NCBI RefSeq assembly: GCF_018977255.1
Contig: NW_024704743.1
Location: 111,354,001-111,418,000 of the forward strand
Length of the DNA stretch: 64,000 nucleotides
Source of the DNA: Callorhinchus milii
Taxonomy: Eukaryota
Direction of reading: 5' to 3'
This document shows positions 1-13,938 of this stretch, piece by piece. Made by a program: the position numbers and the translations under genes. The notes beneath the pieces were generated by a model. It saw nothing but the letters and a program-made list of their open reading frames with translations. It was not told the DNA's origin and did not search any database. Numbering within the stretch: the first letter of the stretch is position 1; every line of letters begins with the position of its first letter.

Positions 1-840
1 TGTGTCTCATGAACCATTGTGGGGCTTGAACGCATAAACCATTTGACCCAGAAGCAAACCTGCTACTAACTCAGCCAAGCTGCCACAGAGAGCACCTTGC
101 TGAAGGCACTTGTCTTAATTGTGCTGGTTTTACCTTTGAGCTTCAGATGTCTGCTATGCATGACATAAAGTGACTTTGGCATCTTCTCTCCAAGGACATT
201 GTTACATATGTTACAGCCCATTGTTTCCTTCCAGCTCTGAAGTTTATGAAGTGAGGATTTTCTGCTGCTCTTGATGTCCTTGCCCTGCTCAGGTCCAAAT
301 CCCTGACCGTCCAGTGCCTTGGGACATCCTCATGATGTGAAAGGCGCTATACAAACGTAACTAGTTGTTCTTGTTGCTCTGTCTGCCCAGTTTAAACTAA
401 GCCATGTTACTATACATGGACAAGGTTGGATCAATCATACTCTTATCGTTTACAATAAACTCACTTGAGAACACAGAAAGGTTCCTCTGCACGTCATATT
501 TATCATTTCTATCTGAATCATATTCCATTTCAAGTCCCAACTTTTCCACTAGAACAACACCAATTGTATGGTTGACTATAACGGTACCATAGACAGAGCA
601 GGTAACATTATTGGATTTGGTTGCCATCATTCTAATTTAGAAATTCATTGTTTTGTGTAGGACACTATGTGAAATGGTGTTCCAAACATCCAAACTATGC
701 TAACGCACCAACTGGATATTCGCTATTAGCCATGATTCCTGCTCAAGTGGACTTTAGAGATCTCATGACACAACTCAAAGAGAAGAGAGTTTCCCCAGGG
801 TACTGGCCAACAATCCCCCAGATAAAATTGGTCATTCACT

Positions 841-1147
841 TTCCTCCCTTTCCTCCTTCAAGGCCGGTCTCAAAACCTTTCTCTTTGACCGAGCCTTCAG
901 CTCCCCTCTCGACTCTCTTCCCCCTCCTCGCTCCCTCCCTTCCCTCCCCTTACCCTGACCATTTCCCCCTCCTTGCTCCCTCCCTTCCCTCACCCTGACC
1001 ATTTCCCGCCTCCTCGCTCCCTCCCTTCCCTCCCCTCACCCTGACCATTTCCCCCCTGCTCGGTTCATGACCCAACTGTGCAGCGCCTTGGGACGTCCTC
1101 CTGACGTGAAAGGCGCTTTATAAATGGAATCTTGTTGTTGTTGTTGT
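841..1147 (+). mobile_element. L2-type LINE 3' end with internal ~40-bp triplication, inserted within an older SINE
   Basis: Tail CAGCGCCTTGGGACGTCCTCCTGACGTGAAAGGCGC...(TTG)n. Deu-SINE sequence continues on both sides (about 740-840 and 1150-1300). Confidence 0.8.
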
Positions 1148-2456
1148 TATATCTATGTGCGTGTCATTGCTTTGCGTAAATGGGCTGCCATGTTCAGCTA
1201 CAAATGAACAGTCACTGCACTTTACAGTAAATCCTGTGAAGTACTTTGAGAGATCTTCCTGATGTGAAAAGTGCTATATCAAATGCAAGGATTATTATTT
1301 CTCATATGCCAAGGACTCAAACTCAGTCATCCCATCAGAGCACATTGTTGAGTGGACACTATTTTGCCTCTATGAAGATGGACGAAAATTAATGCAGTGA
1401 TGATTAAGTTCCACATGCCTAAACACATAACAGATATGGAGTGGCAGGAATAGATGCTTTGCATCAGGTTCTCTCCTCATCTTCTAAGCAAGGCAGTGGT
1501 TCATGATCCTACAACAAGACCAATTTACATTTATATAGTACAATTCACGTCAGAAGGACATCTTGAAATGCTTCAAACAGCTTTGAGCCTGAGCTGGGGT
1601 GGAGAGAGGAAGGTAGCTGGTTAAAGAGATAGGCAGATTTTGAAGGTGGGGAGGAAGGTGACGAGGTGGAGGGCGTCTGGGATGTAGTTTCAGAGAGCTG
1701 GGCAGAATGGCTAAAAGCTCACCCACTGATAGTGGGACAGATCAGCTGGATCAGTTTCCAGAGGCAGAGGAAGCAGCTAGGGAAGCAGGGCCAACAACAG
1801 CAACTTGCATTTATATAGCAGCCTTCACACGGGATGGCGTCCCAGAGTGCTTAAAGTATCACAGGATTATCACAGAGATGGGTTGAGGCTGGGATGTGGC
1901 TGAGACTGTGAAGGGATTTGAAATTGAGGTTGAAGATCTTGAATTAGATTCACTGGGGGAATGGGGAGCTGGTGGGGTTCAGTGAGGATGGAAGTGATAG
2001 GCTCACAGAACCTGATACGGGAGAGAACTATTTTTAGGGAGTTCAAATATTTTAAGAAAAGTAACATCTATCTTCTGCCTGCCTGCCTATCTCTCTTTCT
2101 CTCTCTATACTAATAAAACGACAATGGCTGTCTGTGCTTCAAGAAGGATCTCAATAACTGATTGGAATAGAGACATGATTTATACCTCATCAGAAAGGTT
2201 GTGCCTCTGGGAGTGACATGGGCATATTTGTTTTTGAGTATCTCCTATTTTAATGAGTTATTTTCAGTTTATGTGTTTTTCACTGCAGTTACACCTTGTG
2301 GCCACCAAGTCAAAGTGAAGCTGTGGCATTGTGCGGTACAGAGCATCTATGTGTGTACGCATACACTGAAGGTACACCCGGTGGCCACGCCGGCTGCCTG
2401 TGGCGCTGTGGCATCCTGCAACACAGAGCATGCACGTAGCCAGGTGGCGGGAGCAA

Positions 2457-2765
2457 AACAACAACAACAAAATTACATTTGTTTAGTGCCTTTCACATCG
2501 GGAGGACGTCCCAAGGTGCTGGACAATCAGTGTCGGGATTGGGGAGGGTGGATGGCAGGGTGGGGGGGAGGAGGGTGACCGAAGGCACGGTTGAAGAGGA
2601 ATCTTGAGATGGGTCTTGAAGGAGGCAAGGGAGGCGTGAGGCGGAGGGACTGCGGGATGGAGTTCCAGAGGGTGTGGGCAGAGTATCAGAAGGCCCTCCC
2701 ACCAATGGTAGGGCGGGCAAGGCGGGGGATGTGAAGCAGGCCTGAGCCCGCTGATCGAAGGAAGG
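2457..2765 (-). mobile_element. L2-type LINE 3' end
   Basis: (CAA)n, reverse-complemented tail, ORF2 C-terminal remnant (SFKTHLK). Confidence 0.8.
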
Positions 2766-5700
2766 ATGGTGCACACTCCACCAAAATAAAGGACACGGCA
2801 ACAGCAACAAAATTTATTTTTTAAAGCACTGAGTCCTCCCACAGGAGTCCTCCCAAATGAGTCTTGATAAAAATGAAATGTGTGTCAATCTACATTCCAA
2901 CATCTACATCATAATAATCCCTCCAAAAAAAAACAATAATAAATTGGTCATTTTCAATCCACGACTGTTTGTGGGACACTGCTGTGCACAATTGGCTGCC
3001 GCGCTTCACCCACAAATATACAGTCAATTCACTTTACAGTGTATTCTGTGAAGCGCTTTGAGACTTCTAGAAGACATGAACAGCGCTACATCAAATACAA
3101 GGATTATTCCATATTTGATCCTTTAGTTGCAAGTGAAGCTGCAACGGGTACAGCTAGTTCATATATAATTTGGCCGTGTTATTGGTGTGGCTGATCCATC
3201 ACTGAAAAACATTTAGAAATTGCCTCTACAGAGTGAGTTAAACTGTAATCACATAATCATCATCATAATAACTTTAATTATAGTAATCCTTGCATTTGAT
3301 ACAGCACATTTGAAATTGAGAAAAGCACTTCACAGGATTTACTCTAAAGTGTAGTGACTATGCATTTCATAGGTGAATGTGGCAGTGAATTTCACACAGA
3401 AATGTGCCATAAAGGGCCATGAAGTGAATGACCAATTTTATCTGGAGGACAGTGACCATGACATTATAGGAGAGAGTCTCTCTATTGAACATAAAGCACC
3501 ATCTCAAGTAAATAGATAAACAGGGGCAATTTAAGATTAGACCTGAATGGGTTTATTAATGACTGCAGCAACCTATGTATTTTCCTTCATTTAGGAAACA
3601 GAGGTTTGGAGATGGGAGACTCTCTAATTTATTTGACTAAATCTGGGTCAATTCAGTCCCTTTGAGCCACCTGAAACAAATCTACAAGTCAAGTGAGTTA
3701 AAAAGTCCCCCCAATCAGCATTGTCTGTGATAATAAATGTAGCTTAACTCTGAACAGGCCTAAATGCTGCACTAATGTAAAAATGTGCACTCAACCAACT
3801 GGGACAAAATCAATTCCAATCCAGTTCATCAGGTCCGTTTTGGCACAGATCCAAAGATGATCCTTCCTTCTGTTAGGACACACTGTAACAGCATTAACCA
3901 AGCTCAGTGTAAAATCAACAGAGAAAAAGAAATGTGATGTTTCTCTTTGATTTCACCCCGCAGTTTCAAATCAGGCTGAAGGGGTATAAGGTCATAATTA
4001 TATGAGTTTCTGCTAAATTCCATTAGCATCAAGTCCATGTGATGCTCCAGAAATTATGCAGCAGGTGAAAAGGAGAACCTTTCATTCTGTCTCATTAGTA
4101 GCAGCACGGCAGGGAGAGCTGGCTAGGGAAACACTTAGCCAGTTAGCTCAGCGAGGTACTGTTCGCCTTTCACTGCCCTGTCAGCTGTAATCTTATGATG
4201 ATGGTTATCTTATAGAGGAGGCACTTCTCCTAACCCCCTTCCTGCTAAAAGCCTCAGCTTCTTACTGCAATTATTACTAAAGCGTAGTATAAACCTCTGG
4301 CTCGCTCTACAACTAAATCATTTAGACAAAGCAAAATACCATCCATTGAAACAAAAACATGCGTTAAGTGCAAATAAAAATGGCAAAACAAATTACCCAT
4401 TTTAGAATATCACTTCAACCTCAGTTACACAAGATTATTGTGCCATAAGACATTTGGGGATTATAAAGAATAATGTATAAACGCCACCGGATATACATAC
4501 AGATTGAATGATGTTCATTTTTAGTTATTTTGAAATGAAATATATCAATATGTCAGCCCTGGGTAGTTCTCGTCAACTGATAAATGAAAAATCTTTTTAC
4601 GACAGACACATCTCACCTACATGGGTTGATGATGGGCTTTCCAATGCACTAATGCTGCACACAGCAAATATGGTCCTTTTAAAGCTGAATAAATTTGAGT
4701 ATCCAACATTTCATTCTTGCTGTCAGTAACTGGTCGTGCTGCTTGAACTCTACAGCCATGCACCGCCTGGTAGATGAATATTAAACTGAATTAAATACAT
4801 TTCGACTGTGCTTCCTACCTTCACTAAGTAGGCTGCCGCACTAACCTGAAAAATACTGTCATGCAGTATAACCTGTGAAGCGTTTTGAGACAGCCTCCTG
4901 ACGTAAAAGGCATTTTATCAGATTTAAGGATTATGATTTTATGATTGCTGCTCCCTCTGACATGGACACACCTTATGGTTAATGTGTCTTCAGAAGAGTT
5001 CCTGCATATGGAAATAAGTGGGGGGGGGGAGGTGGGGGCAAGAGGGGAGGGAGCCGAGGGATGGGGTGGGGGGTTTGGGAGGAATACCACTCAATTTGTG
5101 AAATCCAGCCCAAAAATACTAGTAGTGCTGCCTCCTAAAAACGGATTGGTCTGTTTTTGGCCAGTTTGACAGTACAGGCAAGCACCGGCTCCACATATCC
5201 AATATGTAATGTTGTATTGTATTGTTTCGGATACTTCATGCCAGTTGGTCCCACTGTTTGACAACCAGATCAATTTGCAATCTGGCATCTATTGCTGAAT
5301 AAGAGGCAGAAAATATTAACTTGGTAAATCAGCTGAAAAAATGCCAGCATCCTTTCAGTGAAACAGCTGTTTTGTTTGCTAGCGATCCTGCTTACCCACC
5401 ATGACTTACCAAAGCTGGTACAGTGACAGATAGAGTGACCTTGCTTTAATGTCTCATCCGAAGGACGGCACCTCCGACAATACAATCGCTCCCCACCCCC
5501 AGCACTGCATTGGCGTATCAGCCTTGACTATGAGCTCAAGTCTCGACACATCAGCGCCTTGGGACGACCTCCCGACGTGAAAGGCGCTCTATAAATGGAA
5601 TCTTGTTGTTGACACGGGGCTTGAACCCCCAACTTTCTGACTCAGAGGTGAGAGTGCCAGCAACTGAGGTGGATGCTTACTATTCAAAAAGAAAAGGGAG

Positions 5701-7624
5701 TTTCTCCGATGTCCCTGGTTAACAATCTCCCAGGTAAAATTGGGCATTCACTTAATGATTGTTTGTAGGACATTGTTGTGAGCAAACTGGTTGCTTCATA
5801 CATCTGCAAAATACACAGTCATTCCACTTAACAATAAATCCTGTGAAGCTCTTCGGGATGTCCTTTCAATATGAAAGGCGCTATATCAAATGCAAGGATT
5901 ATTACAACAACAAGCAACAACAAAATTACATTTATAGAGGGCCTTTCACGTCGGGAGGATGTCCCAAAGCGCTGCTCTCATGCTCTCTCCCTCCCCACTG
6001 TAATAAAACATCTCGAGCGACACAAGTAAATTCCCATCTTACCTGCAAAAATTGTTGTTTAAAATCTACAGCTCTTTCACTTGGTACAAGGTGGTAATAA
6101 ACTGAGTTGTACCATAACAAAGTTGTCCTCTTCAGTGAGTATAATTAACTAGTCAGCATTATCCAATATCTTCCTCTGCCGTTGTAAACGTTCCTTGACC
6201 TTTCCAGTGTTGCCAAGTACATCTATTCTTTGACCTGACAGTGCTTTATGAGATATTAGAGTGACTCAGTCATTCCATTTGAGTTCACAGAAACCTTTTC
6301 AACTACTCAATAGTACCATTTAATAAAAATGTCAGTGACAGTCAGAAAGATTCTGACGAATGTTTGTTTTTGTAGTTAATTTCAATTACATTTTTTAATT
6401 TCAATTACTAGAATGTGAGATACTGCCAGCGCACCCAAAGGATTTCGCTCAAGGAAAAGAGGGTGCAGAGCTATGGCCTGATGTCACTGTTTATAATTGG
6501 CTAACATCACGCACTGTGCAGCGTGCTGGGACACACTCATCTCAGAGTGGCCAGGGCCAAACCAGGCATGCCCAACTCAGGTGGGTTCACGGAACATAGA
6601 AATGGTGAAGGAACAGTTTTTTTATAAAGAGCATATTCCTATTTTACTTCCTCAACGATTCCTTGGATTTCAGAATACAGCTTCCGCATATGTGTTTTGT
6701 AAATGAGAGAACTTTAATTAAACCACACATACACTACCATGGTCATAATCACGCGGGAGGCTGATTTTTCTGGTTAGGTATTTTAGTGTTGGGGGTTGGT
6801 AAATACCAGACCTTCTAATATGGATGTTTTGTAAATGGTATCAATAGTAAATATGATAATATTCTCACATGCTATGTAATTATAGCAACAAAACAAAATT
6901 TCTCTGAAATCAGATACCATTTAACCCTGCCCCCTAACTATATATAGAGTATTAGAGGGCTGGACAAATAGTAGTTCAAAGATGCACTCCTTTTTTTTAA
7001 AGAGCAAAACTAGAGACTAAACAACGGTCTCAAACTCATTGGCAGTTACTTGTCATTTATTCAGTGTAATCCAAAAATTTGATGTAGCTTTGGGAGGATG
7101 TCTCAGAGCACTTCACGGGACATAATGGAAAGTGGAATGACTGTGTATTTTTTGTAAGAAAATGTGAAACAGCAGTGTCAGGCTGGCTCAGGAGTCAGAA
7201 GTCAGAAGGTTGTGGGTTCAAGCCCTACAGTGGGATTCATATAATCTATGCTGACACTCCAGTGGAGTGTTGTTGGAGGTGCTGAACTTCAGATACGTCG
7301 TTAAACTGAGGTCCCATCTGGCTGTTCAGGAGAACATCAACAACAACGACTTGCATTTATATAGATGCTGTCACTGGGACACAGGGAGAAACTCCCTTCT
7401 CTTTTTGAATAGTGCCTTGGGATATCTGATATCTATGTGATATCAGAGTGACTCAGTCATTCCATTTGAGTTACAGAAACCTTTTCAACTGCTCAATAGT
7501 ACCATCTAATGAAAATTAATGTCAGTGACATCCAGGAAAATTCTGACCCATGTTTGATTTTGTAGTTAATTTCAATTTAATTTAAATTTCTACCATGGGA
7601 GATATTGCCAGGGCATCCAAAGGG

Positions 7625-9122
7625 TCCTACTTAACCAACCAACTCCATTTCATCTCGGCAAATGATTTTTCCTCCCGTCCCCGCCCGGACACCTGAAGGG
7701 AACCCCAGAGGTCCATCCTTGGCCCTCTTCTTTTCCTTATCTATATGCTCCCTCTGGGTGATGTCATCAGCAGACACGGGGTAAACTTCCACATGTATGC
7801 GGATGACACACAAATCTACTTTGCCTCCTCCAGTACCAACACCAGGTTCGCCGATGTTCTATCAGCTTGTCTGGCAGACATCAGGGCCTGGATGAGTGCA
7901 AACTTCCTGCAGCTAAATGTGGACAAAACGGAAACCACACTCCTTGGTTCCCGTCAATGCCTTCACTCCTGCAGATCTGAACTCCTTCAGACTCACCGAA
8001 CCAGTGCGCAATCTCGGCATCCGGTTAGACCCTCAGCTGTCCTTCCTCCCCCACATCTCGTCCACGACCAGAACCACCTTCTTCCACCTCCGCCACATTG
8101 CCTGCCTCCGACAGTACCTTACCCCAAATGCAGCCAAAACCCTTGTGCATATGTTTGTCACCTCCCGCTTGGATTACTCAAACACACTTCTCACCGGTCT
8201 CCCCAGCTCCACTATTCAAAAGATCCAGCTCATTCAGAACTATGACTCCCACATACTGGCCCGGACCAAACTCCATACCTACATCTCACCAGTTCTGGCC
8301 AGGCTCCACTGGCTTCCCATCACTGAACAGATCAACTTCAAGATCCTCACACTCGTGTTCAAATCCCTTCATTCTCTGGCACCTCCCTACCTCTCTGACC
8401 TCCTCACTCCCCAATTCACCACCCGGCATCTCCGCTCGACTGGCACCAGCCTCCTGTTTGTCCCTCAACAACAACAACAACAAAATTACATTTATAGAGC
8501 GCCTTTCACGTCAGGAGGATGTCCCAAAGCATCCCAAACCCTTCACACCCTTTGCCCCACCATCGGAGTTCACGCTTTCAGCCACTATAATAATAATAAT
8601 AATAATCCTTGCATTTGATATAGCGCTTTTCACATAGGGAGGACATCCCAAAGCGCTTCACAGAATATACTGTAAAGTGAATTGACTATATATTTGTGGG
8701 CGAACGCGGCAACCAATTGCGCACAGCAATGTCCCACAAACAGTCGTAGATTGAAAATGACCAATTTATTATTGTTTTTGTTTTTTGGAGGGATTATTAT
8801 TAGGCGTGTGGAGTAGGGAAACTTGCCCAAGGTTTCGCCCTGCTGGAATTGAACTCAGGTCTCTCACTTGCAAAGCGAGTGCTCTAACCACTGAGCTACA
8901 GGACTCCACTACGCCCTGAAACTCTGGAACATTCTCCCTCAATCCCTCTGCCTTGCTCCCACTCTCCCCTTTTTCAAGTCCCGCCTGAAAACCTTCTTCT
9001 TCGACTGTGATTACTGCCACCTCACCCCACTGGGTCGGAGTCAGGCTCTGCCATTGTTAAAGCCTCTAAGACGCTAGTTAATTTGTGTTGAGGGTGCTAT
9101 ATAAGTGCAAGTTGTTGTTGTT
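7625..9122 (+). mobile_element. 5'-truncated L2-type LINE (RT region to tail) carrying nested insertions
   Basis: RT motifs in the ORF track ([34 protein letters not shown]), frameshifted, with a (TTG)n tail. Nested antisense L2 tail at about 8467-8535 and SINE at 8588-8907. Confidence 0.92.
8588..8907 (-). mobile_element. Full-length tRNA-derived Deu-domain SINE (family A, short form)
   Basis: Head GGAGTCCTGTAGCTCAGTGGTTAGAGC..(A box)..GTTCAATTCC (B box), core TGTTTGTGGGACATTGCTGTGCGCAATTGG, L2-like tail with (ATT)n. Near-identical to 23092-23415 and 44459-44778. Confidence 0.88.
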
Positions 9123-9123
9123 G

Positions 9124-9328
9124 GCATCTTAACATCCACTTGAACAAGTAGATGAAACCTCAGTTGAACATCTCATCCAATAGACAACATCTCCAACATT
9201 TCAACACAATCCCAGCACTACATTGGAGTGTCATCTTAAACAATATGAGTTCCAAGTCCCAATGTGGGTCTTGAGCCCACAAGTTTCTGACTCAGAGGCA
9301 AGAGTGCTACCAACTGAGCCAGGCTGAC
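9124..9328 (-). mobile_element. Older Deu-type SINE (family B) 5' half; the rest lies at about 7372-7422
   Basis: Head GTCAGCCTGGCTCAGTTGGTAGCACTCTTGCCTCTGAGTCAGAA. Related copies at about 5440-5670, 7180-7330, 19205-19600, 26140-26490, 33360-33700, 43570-43875, 59835-60210. Confidence 0.75.
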
Positions 9329-11725
9329 ACATAAATCCGTAGCTACTTTCATGAATTCAAACTGGAAATGGTACTGAATAAATGGATTATGTTTTATACT
9401 GTCCCGGTGAATGAACAAAGTTCAACCAGCAGCCAAGCCATGATGGCTTGAGCGAAATATTTGAGCTGGATATCACCGCCATCCTTCCTAAGGAGGAGGG
9501 GCTGGGAGAAAAAAACTCATAAAGAAGGTCCTACCATCCCATTTGATCTCATCCCTGTAAATCCCCACCCTACTGTCTTCCCATAATAGCATCGAGCTTT
9601 TTCTGTAAAATGAGTCCAGCATCCTGGCTTTAACCACTCTTTGCTATTATGGTTGAATGTATCACCTTGAAGATAAAAGCAGAACACTTGTTCATCATCT
9701 GATAGACATCACCTGGCAGCGCACTGGCGTTAGCCTGTCTCACGAGAATAAAAGTTACAATTTCACTCCAGTTTTTAACAAGACATAGGGCTCAATATTT
9801 TTGTTATACGAAAAAAAATTGTCTTTTAAAATGAAAATTTTCTCATCGAATCCTCCACACATGACGAGCCCAGAAGCTTCCAATCATTGGACTCAGGAAA
9901 TTAGCAAATTATAGATGAAGCGTGTTGAGACGTGATAAGGCACTGTACCAAGTGCAAGGATTATTATTATCATAATTCATGTGTATTTCCAATATGGTAA
10001 GTTCAATTGTTCCTATTCTCAAAGATAATAATAATCCTTGCATTTGATATAGCAAATTATCATGTCCTCCTAATGTCTCAAATCACCTCATAGGATAAAC
10101 TGTAAACTGGTGTGACTGTGTATTTTGTTGGCAAATGCGGCAACTAGTTTGCACACAGCAATGTCTCACAAACAGCCATGGAGTGAGTGATAAATTTTAT
10201 TTCAGGGTTTATTGGCCTGGACACCAGGAGAAACCCTAGAAATGTTGAAATCTTAGCATAAAAATAATACAGATAATAATCTAGAAATGATACAGTTCTT
10301 AATTTATGCTATTTGTTGAAACTGTGGATCTGATATAAATATGATGTTTGCTAGATTCAATAGTGGTAACTCTGTGCTTGTACACCAGCATTGTGCCTCA
10401 GCCTGCAGACTGTGGACGTGAGCCAGTGATTTGCGCACGGATGAGCTCCTTATGTCAGCTAGGTTGTGACATGAAGCTGCTATCCCATGGAAAGGGTCGG
10501 GTCGGGGAAGGAAAACAGTTGGAGAAGGAATAAAATACAGACCTCTCGTGTATGCCAAATGAGGCATTGGTGGGAACTTAAACAGGTCACACATCTGCCC
10601 TTTCAGTCTGGAACAGCTGTGTGGTGTGAAGAAGGCCAGCTGACCAAGGGAAATACTATACATAAATGAAGGACTCTGTATCTGGCTGTGATATACCTGA
10701 CCTGGCATTGCTTGGAGACCAAAATGTCTCAGGGAAGACGCCATGAATTAATTATGTGAGTGCAAATCTTCAGTCTTGGCTTAGACCTACCCTAATGCTT
10801 CAGGAAGCAAACATTGTGCAAGAGCACAAATGATAAGCAAATGTGTTGGTTAACAAATATATACATTTTAATGAATTACTCTACAAGGAAGAAATTTGAA
10901 AGAATTTGTCACCACATCCCCTTCTGTAGCAAAATGCTGACTATTCAAGGATTGCCATCGAGAGCACTCTGGGATTAGCCAGCTGCAGGCACATCTCACA
11001 TGGGACAAGGCAGATGGTCCGAGTCTTTCCCTCTCCTGAGACGGAAAGCTCATCCTTCCAGCTGTCTGACCAAGAACTATCCATCCTCACCCAACTGAAT
11101 CAAATGCAATCTGAACGGGAGAAAAAAGCATTTATGCTCTGAGTTAATAATGATAATACTTGCATTTGATGTAGCGCCTTAACACGTCATTGATACGCTT
11201 CACAGAATATATTGTAAAGTGGATCGACTGTGTATTTTGTGGGTGAAATATTTTGAGATAGCCATAGAATTTTAGGGTTGGAGATTATTTTAAGATTCAC
11301 AAGCATATTTTTTTTCTCATAATGCACTAAATCATGAAGCGCTTTGCACGAAGGTGTAAAATTTCTGTGTGTGCCAATGTGTTGTATTTTACATCTTTGT
11401 AAAAAGCAGATGTAAAATCAACCACAGATCCTATTACCCTTTAGTAAGAATTACCCTTTAGTGAGAAAGTCGTTCTAAAATCTCTGCTCTCTGTGGAATA
11501 AAGTGGTGAGGCACAGCAGAAAAATGTTTGCAGACATTCTCCTGATTTAACCAATGTACAGTGGCTGCTAGTGGTGGAAGAATTTGAGAAGGGACGTTCC
11601 CTCCAGGGCACACAGACATCACATCAGTTTTATTGATCGGTCTGACAGTGACCACTCACCGAGGTTTAGATTTAACGTTACTGTGTGAGCTGGGTGATAT
11701 TGCAGGAGATTTGGAGTGTTAGTAT

Positions 11726-12440
11726 CAACAAGAACACAATTACATTTGTATAGCGCCTTTCACGTCAGGAGGACGTCCCAAGGCACTGGATAGTCAGTGT
11801 TTTGGACCTGAGCTGGGGGTCAGGATTGGCGAGGGTGGAAGGCAGGCGAGGAAGAAGAGTGATTGAAAGCACGGTCGAAGAGGGGGGTCTTGAGATGGGT
11901 CTTGAAGGAGGCAAGGGAGGGGTGAAGCAGAGGAACTGCAGGATGGTGCTCCAGAGGGTGGGGGCAGAGTGGCTGAAGGCTCGCCTGCCAATGGTGGGAC
12001 AGGCGAGGCGGGGGATGTGAAGCAAGTCAGAACTGCTGAGCTGAGAGAGTGGACAGGTTGATCGGGGGTTAGGAGGTCACAGATGTATGGGGTAGCAAGG
12101 CCACGGAGGGCTTTGAAGGTGAGGACCAGGATCATGAACTGTATCCTCAGTGTGATGGTAAGTCAGTACAGTCGGGTGAGGATGGGGATGATAGGGTCAC
12201 GGAGCCTGGTGCGGGAGAGGCCACGGGCTGCAGAGTTCTGGATGATCTGCAGCCTATGGAAGAAGGAGTTGGGGAGGCCGGCAAGCAGGGAGTTTGCATA
12301 GTCAAGTAGCCTGGATGTTATGAATGCGTGTATGAGGGTTTTGGCGGTCTGCGGTGTGAGACAATGGCGGAGCTGGGCAATGTTGCAGAGCTGGGGGAAG
12401 GCAGAGCAGGTCATGGCACGGATGTAGGGATCACATTGAT
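11726..12440 (-). mobile_element. L2-type LINE 3' portion
   Basis: ORF remnants AKTLIHAFITSRLLDYANSLLAGLP and RAFSHSAPTLW, with the L2 tail. Confidence 0.88.
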
Positions 12441-13529
12441 TACTGGAGCCAGCTTGTGTGGCTGCGATACTCACAGCCATCTCTCACACACCCACTGGAG
12501 CATCAGCCACTCAGTCATGTTTCGGGTAATGTCTCTAGTCATCATTGTTTAGAAGTACAGATCACTGCTGATCATTGTTGGTTTGCCCAAAGCCTTGAAA
12601 TCGATTGACTGAACCTAGTTAACTGTCCACACAGCTAGAATGTATTGTCAAAAAGTTATGGAATCTGGTCTCTCTTTGTTGGTACATTTGCCGACTTTAC
12701 ATCTACCGTCTCTGGTGCTTAGCCAGCTGTGTGAAGTGCTTTGTGACGTCCTTCTGATGTGAAATGTGCTATACAAAACCAAACTGTATTTTATTCTACT
12801 TTGGCTGTGTGCACTTAAAGAGGTGAAACATATGATGACTGCTCTATGACTGCTCCAATTATACTGAATCTGTTGTGAAATGTCGTATTTGTTTAACCCC
12901 AAAATACTTTAGCCTCGGCTGTTAGTGCACATGGAGCTAACTCATGTGCAGGGACCAGACCCACATCTACAATGGTCTCTCTTGTAGCAAAATGTCAAGT
13001 TAGAAAATGCGTTCCAGTTTATGAACTCAATGCAACATTCAGGCAACATCGTATTGGGCTGAGGTAGCAGCGAATACAGATACTGTCCACATCCTTTAGG
13101 GGTTGTGAGGGTGCAAATACATGTAATGACATTCAATTATAAATTGGTCACTTCAATCCACGACTGTTTGTGGGACACTGCTGTGCGCAATTGGCTGCCG
13201 CGTTTCACCAACAAAATATACAGTCAATTCAAAAAAGAAAATAGGAGGAGGAAAGGTAATTAAACCGAAGGCTAAATGTATGTGTCATCACTGTGGTACA
13301 GATGTTCCGATGAGCTCTGCTCAGTCAGGACCATGTGTGCACTTTACAGCAGTGATTGCCACAAGTCATTGCAGGAACTGCCTCAGAAAACAATCAATTC
13401 AGTTAATTCTTTGCTGCTGGAACCATTCACAGCAGCAGCAAAATGCATTGAATACACCTATGGCTTTCAAATACTTTATATTTTAATCATTTTTTTCTAT
13501 ATTTTCTACTTTGGACACTCAATCCATGA

Positions 13530-13938
13530 CTTTGGTCACTCAATCCACGAATATTTGTGGGGATACTGCTGTGCGCAATTGGCTGCCGGGTTTCACCTAC
13601 AAAATATACAGTCAATTCACTTTACAGTATATTCAGTGAAGCACTTTGAGACGTCTTGAAGATGTGATGAGGCATTATATCAAATGCAAGGATTATTATA
13701 TTATTTGTGGAGTCCCGTAGCATAGTGGCTAGCACATTCGCCTCGCAAACGAGAGGATCCGTGTTCAATTCCTGGGCGGAGCAAAGCCTTAGGCAAGTTT
13801 CCTTACTCAACACATGTGTGTTTATCTAACAATAAGTAGGGGAACCCTGGTTATTAGTCGGTTGGTAAATTGCTTTCTGGGGGTAATAAGCCCTAAAAAA
13901 AAATTGGTTACTCAATCCACGACTGTTTGTGGGACACA
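13530..13938 (+). mobile_element. Two abutting family-A SINE pieces (a 3' half followed by the 5' half of a second copy)
   Basis: Core and tail at 13530-13705, then tRNA-like head GGAGTCCCGTAGCATAGTGG from 13709. Confidence 0.75.

Noticed and set aside
397..630. 77-aa - strand ORF and nearby exon-like pieces (135-237, 3797-3869, 6043-6140, 13973-14109)
   Set aside because: No recognisable family motifs, and no consistent phased chain of exons could be built.
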